A stretch of 64,000 nucleotides of DNA from Balanoglossus misakiensis (Eukaryota > Animalia > Hemichordata). The position numbers and the translations under genes are program-made. The stretch is from positions 2,082,760 to 2,146,759 of the forward strand of contig CM082576.2 of the NCBI GenBank assembly GCA_040954595.2, written 5' to 3'. Shown here in pieces: positions 58,401 through 64,000 of the stretch (positions are counted from its first letter, which is position 1; each line of letters begins with the position of its first letter). The notes under the pieces were generated by a model. It was not told the DNA's origin. It saw only the letters and a list, made by a program, of their open reading frames with translations, and ran no database searches.

Positions 58401-61400
58401 AGTCATCCACACTGCTGTTATGCTGTTGGGTGTATGTGCTTTTATAAAAAAGGAGAGTGAGTCATATGTTTGCAAAGATAGTGGTACAATACACAAACTT
58501 TGCAATAGGGCTAGACTGTTGCTGGCCTCAGTTGTTTTGAAATGTAGTATCACAATTTTGGGGGGAAATAACATTTTCTGCTCTGTTGGAGTTACAGTTA
58601 CACAGAGTGATATTTGCAAGGACTTTTATTTGTGTCAAAAATATTCTGCCTGAGATTTGTCCAGTAAATGATAGCAAAGGGAACACAACACATTTGCCAC
58701 CCAACTTTTCTATGGTAAGCCACAGATTACATGTTCTCCTTTATCCCTTCATGGTTCAACTACTCCTTCAAAACAAAGAAAAGAAGTGTTGTAGAACGCC
58801 AGGAGGCCACCCACGCATACACACTCACAACCATATGTTACTTCAAAATGCCAGAAAAAGTAGAAGTGAATTTAACTGTTCAGTTCCCTATATTTGCATC
58901 CTCATATGGGTACACACAATCTGCAGTAATTTGTGAATTTCAACAAAAATCTAGTGCATGGATAATGGCTAAGTGACCTCATAATTCCTTTGGCTATTCC
59001 AACTTTTGCATATTTGTGAAGGTTTAAAGAAGTCCAATGTTGTATGTTTAAGCAAAAGTGGCTGAGCCCTCTGAAATTTTTCAAGCATGTCTCAGATAGT
59101 ATTAGGCTTTCTTTTGACGTAATTTTGCAAAGGATATCTTCAGAGATTTATCGTGGCAAAGTTCCTAATCACAGCAAATATTTTAATGGGGAGAGTAGTT
59201 AAGGAGGAAAACAGTACGTGGTGCAATGCCTTTCGCCCCTGCTTCCCTCTGTAAAAATCCAGCTTGACTACAGAAAACATTGGATTTGGACCAAACCATG
59301 TTGGTGAAAGGGGTAAAAAGCTATGTGAAAGTGGTAATAATGGAGTGCATGAGTCTACGTGCCGCTGCTTGTCGAACTCAGTGAACAACTTGCCAGCTCT
59401 AGTGGTGGGCATGTAGAGGCATTTTCTCGTTGTCTAAAGAAAACATGATTGAGAAGCTGTAACTTTTCAGTTTGTGTTTCCAGTCTTACTTTCTTTCGTC
59501 TCCAAACGTTTGAATAGAAGGCACACGGTGTTATTTTAACTACACACATTGAGTGTGTCAACAGGTGAGGGGCATGCTGTGGCTGAAAGAGTGAAGAAAG
59601 AGACTCTGAAAGTTTGTCATTGTGTGTCCGTAGCATGCGACATGGGTTGGGTTGGATTTGATTTCAGATTACAAAGCGTGGCCACAGCTGCAGAGGATAT
59701 TGGGTTGAGATGCAGCATAAACAGTTCATTCAGTGGGTTACAAAAAAAAAACCAACATTGTGCTTGTTCAGTGCCTGCATTGCAGACTGAGATGAGGTCT
59801 GAAAGAAAGAGAGAGAAAGTGCTGGTTTCTCTTTAATTCCTCCTGAAAGAGGATAATTGTAAATCTACAGGCAGGCGTGTATTGATCTTAAAGTGTGTTG
59901 CCTTGAATGTGCAGGAAACCATGTAATCTCCCCATTTATTACCCAAGAATGCATCATTTTGGTGCATAGGCCGGAAAAGCCGGAAAAAGCACAGGACTCG
60001 CTCTGTGAGCTTCCCACCACAAGCGGATTGGACCAAGGATTTCAGAAGTACAGCATAGACACTCAGGGGTTTGAGTCTGAATGTTGTCTGTTGATAGTCA
60101 AGTTGTTTCTATGGTAAAGCTTCAGACTTCAGTGCTGTTGTCATGGTGACGAAAATCCCGACAGAACTGCATGGCTGGAACATCTGTCTTTCTGTGCATT
60201 TTCTGTTATTAAAACTTCATTGTAAACTTTAAATAAATTTACAGTCTGTTGACACTAGGAAACCTATAGGACAATGAAGTAAAGGGGGACGAAATACCTC
60301 TGAGGTCCTTGGTATGTTTTATATCCAGATACTGCTCAGTAAATTACAGATGAAATACAAAGAAGTTGGTGTTACTAAGTAGCAATGTTGGCCTATAAAG
60401 CAAAAGAGAGCAGCTGTTAACAATTGAAGTTTGTGTAATATCCTCTTGTCTTGATGATAGGTAGTAGATAATGCATTCATCAATATTATAGCAGCAACTT
60501 ATACCAGATCTACAGAGATCAGACATAAATGCACAGATTCAGGGGTCATAAAGGGGCTGGAGACAGTTCAAGGTTTTGTAACTCCTTTCTTACTACAAAT
60601 ACACAACTGTTGAAAACCTAAACTGGTATGTGTAAACTCTAAGTGAGGTCATCCTCATTCCTGTTGAATATGGGACAATGGATCCAGACTGATTTGCAAT
60701 GGCCGTGTCCATGAGCTTCTAATGTTAACACTGTAATGTCGGGTAATGTGTGCACTTGACTCTTTAGCGTTATCTTCTAACTTTTAACCAAACATCCAGT
60801 AACCTTCAAAACTAGAAAAAAGTGATATTCTGATAGGATAAACTGTGATTGTCCTACAGCAGACTGTCATGAATTTTGAGGTCAGTGTGAACAAAAATCT
60901 TCTAAATTTCCTGTCTGTTTGCTATCCAACAGCCAACACTTCCTAACTTTCTTCCAGGTTTTGGCGATATTGGCACTCAAGTATAAGTCCACCATTCATT
61001 CACTTGGTAATTAATTTGTCATATAATCCAAATCGGAAAATTTAATGGACCAAAACCTCTTAATGTGTTTTCAAAAAATAGGATGGAATCTGTCAGATAA
61101 CATGCACGTCTAATTTTAGAGTTTGATTTATCGGTGTCAGCTGTTGAGACCATTGGCTCTTTGCTGGATAGAATTCCCCCATGCAGTAAGTTTTACAACT
61201 TTTCCACCCTGATGGATTCAGCATTTGCTAAATTTAACAGCAGTAAGTTAATACTGCCATGGGGGCCATATTGGGACCGTGGATAATTCTGTGAAATTTT
61301 AATTATTTTGGAGGTTTTACATATAATTATCAAATAATTCAGTCTTGCTTTGACTGTCTGAAAGTCATGCCATACACTCCCCTTTCCAAACTGTTGTGGT

Positions 61401-62668
61401 GTCTCGAAAAAAATTTCAGGAGATACAGCTTTATGTAGGAATCCATACAGGTGCAAGACTTAACAAACAGGGTTTTTTTATATCCTCAATTACAAAGGCT
61501 CCCAATAGAGGCTGGGACATTGTAACTGAGCAATTGCCAATTTAGCATGATGGTGTTGAAGAGACCATTTTCAGTTGTTTATAGCGCTGACTTGCACTAC
61601 CAAGGCAGACCCATTCAGCTGAGCACATTTTGCAATTGCGTGTTATTAAGCTACATTGGAGCCACTTCTTATAGCTATCCGACAACAAAACAGCAATGAG
61701 ACATGCAGTTGTTCTCAACATGGAGACGCAATATTTAGTGTTTTTCCAGAGGTTGGACGTTGATGCCATAGTAACAAAACAGCAGTTAACGCTGCTTTGC
61801 TTGTCATTTGTGATGAATAACAATTTTGTGTTGATACCAGCTGCGTGTTAGCTCTTGCATATAGAGAAAAATTGTAGATATCTTATGGTCTGTGACACGA
61901 CTGTTGGTGGTATCCCTGGCGACAGTGCCACAGAAGGAGCATTAGTAAAACAATCTGTCTGGAGTCTCAAGCAAACTTCTGTTGGCCTTCAGTCACCAGG
62001 GGTAAATGCCTATTCTATCCATGAAGTGTTTCCTCAACTGTGTTGTCATCAAACTGAAAATTCGATTTGAAGAAAAGGTACTTTTTGTTGATTTCATGTT
62101 GTGTGTGTCCCACACCCACGCTTGCCCAAACCTCACATACATTTAGGAGATTTGATGTTTTGTTTATCGCACGGTTGCTAGAAATAAGCCTAATACCTGA
62201 ATGGAATCCTGTTTGTACAAGATGTTCTAGCTGGGGACAGAAACTCTTTGATTTTATGGAAGCATTGCTGTAAGTGGTGTCCACTTTGAGTATAGATGTA
62301 AAAATGATTGTTTTCCTCATCATAATTGTTCCCCTTCAAGTGTTTTGTAAGTTCAAAGTAATTAATACCAAGCGTTGCAAGGTTAGGAATGTTTCCACTG
62401 CAGAAACAGTGTGATTACAATTCATGGGTAGTCCATAGTTGCGGGGACTGTCAGCGGTTGTCTCTCACACACCATTGTCTCTGCAAAGAACAAAGCCTTC
62501 ATTTACATATCAGGGATAATGTCAGACATAGCTGTGGTCCTGTGCTTGGTTGCTGTTGCCAACTCTGTGGGTTCCGCATGTTTTTTGTGATTCCACCGAT
62601 TGTCTTCTGTTGCCTGCATGTGCGCTTCTCAAGAAGGGAAACGTGAGTGAGGAACAGAGAGACCAATC

Positions 62669-62800
62669 ATGGATGATTCGATTGTGTTTGCCATGAGTGA
62701 GGCCGAGTTGCGAGCCTTACAATACACAGACGCTCAGCTGGAACAATATCTTGACTCCGAGCAGCAGCAAGAGCCTGATCGGCCAGAGGGGACAGTAGAG
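62669..62800 (+). CDS. Candidate ASPP alternative first exon C (MDDSIVFAMSEAELRALQYTDAQLEQYLDSEQQQEPDRPEGTVE)
   Basis: atcATGg context, 44 protein-like codons, GAG|gtatta in phase 0, then T-rich intron-like sequence. Confidence 0.55.
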
Positions 62801-64000
62801 GTATTACAACCACTTCAGTCGCTCATTTTGTGGGAGATTTTATGTCTTTTCATTCTTGACTTAACTGTTTTTCATGTTCTACAAGTACTTCACTGCCGGC
62901 AGAAAATTGGCACACACAAAAAATGCTGAACGTAGACAAATCAGATCTATACAGGTATTGATTTACTATTGAGCACAGTGGTTCATGCTTGACAAAATAC
63001 TCCTTTCAGCGTCCTTTGTACAGTCCTGTCAGTTATTTGCTCCACTGTAACTTTTTTCTTCCATTCAAGCGTTGAAGTATCATTTATTTGAAAACATGTT
63101 TCCCCATCAATTTACCTTGTCTGTGTTTGTGTGCCTGCAGGCAACAAGACGTCTGTGTGTGCTAGCTATTCAGCGACCATGAACACGAAGTCACGTAGTG
63201 ATCTTACCCAATACTCACACTCTCCGTAATATGGCATTGCTGATTGATAATGAAACCGTGATACCAGATAAATGAAATTGGGAAAAATATTGACGCGCGT
63301 AAATTTGCAGAATGCGTCACTTGCAGTTGCACTTTGGAGAATGTATAAAGTAATTGCCCAAATGCATACTATGTGAAAGTTAAATTTACAGTCCTGGCAG
63401 TCAGATGAAAACTTCAAAAAGTCTTTGAATGTAGACATCATAGTTATGTGCACATAAACATCCTGTTATTCATCTACTGTGAGTCCCAAGCTACTTTCCA
63501 AATCCATAACATGTTTACCTATAAACCATTAGTAAAATTGTTGAGTTTACCTTTATTTTAAACACCAAGTGGGATGTGTACGATAATCTCAAAGTTTATT
63601 GGCTGTGAATATTTTCCGGAGTGACCATGCAGAGAGCATTCAAGATTCAAGCGTTGTATGTTGTTTGGTTGTAGCTGAAGCCATCTTTGCGTAAATTGTT
63701 TGTGAATCTTGTTTTTGTCAGAAAATGCACATAGGAAACTTTATGTGTGGTTTTCAGGTGTGTTAGTACACATTGTCTTCAAGTCATTGAAGGGTGCTAT
63801 TTGTAGGGTCCTACTGTTTCAAATTCAAAGTGTAGGAAAAACCACATTCCCTGGGAAGATTTAACCAAGTAGGATCAGTCCGGATTAAACCCAGAAATAA
63901 TGAAAAGCCTTTCTATCCATCGTCTGATAAAGGTTAAGTAGGCATTCTAATTGTTTCTGTCTACAGTTATGTCTAAATGCCCCATTATCATAAAGGTATG

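Noticed and set aside
63141-63230. Next ASPP exon after the strong acceptor gtgcctgcag (63140)
   Set aside because: Phase-0 reading hits TGA after 13 codons and there is no ASPP-like coiled coil in any frame. A non-coding or poison exon cannot be excluded.
1-64000. Prokaryotic-type systems (operons, CRISPR arrays, defence islands) and the many 60-165 aa ORFs in the track
   Set aside because: The sequence is spliceosomal-intron eukaryotic DNA. The short ORFs lack recognisable domains except where they overlap the exons or the RT fragment listed.

Overview
AT-rich, intron-rich animal genomic DNA, probably a marine invertebrate (inference only). Almost all ORFs in the supplied track are spurious. 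Three spliced genes can be built by hand. (1) A RasGRP (REM-CDC25 GEF-2 EF hands-C1-coiled coil) on +, CDS 4602-24187, 16 exons, 740 aa. (2) DNA polymerase eta (POLH) on -, CDS 36093-31418, 10 exons, 737 aa. (3) The 5' part of an ASPP (PPP1R13B/TP53BP2 family) gene on +, head-to-head with POLH and running off the right edge. The most striking signal is in RasGRP. Its GEF-domain motif IPILGVHLKD only comes into frame if a 2-nt microexon (AG, 15357-15358; context ...tgtcag|AG|gtaagt) is included, and skipping it gives a premature stop. The same gene carries a textbook U12 AT-AC minor intron (8000-8851). The long ASPP intron holds three ATG-to-GT, phase-0 candidate alternative first exons that would give N-terminally truncated isoforms. 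Also present are a Rex1/CR1-like RT fragment, SINE remnants, a perfect 26-bp hairpin flanked by an 11-bp direct repeat, and several RFX X-box-like sites.
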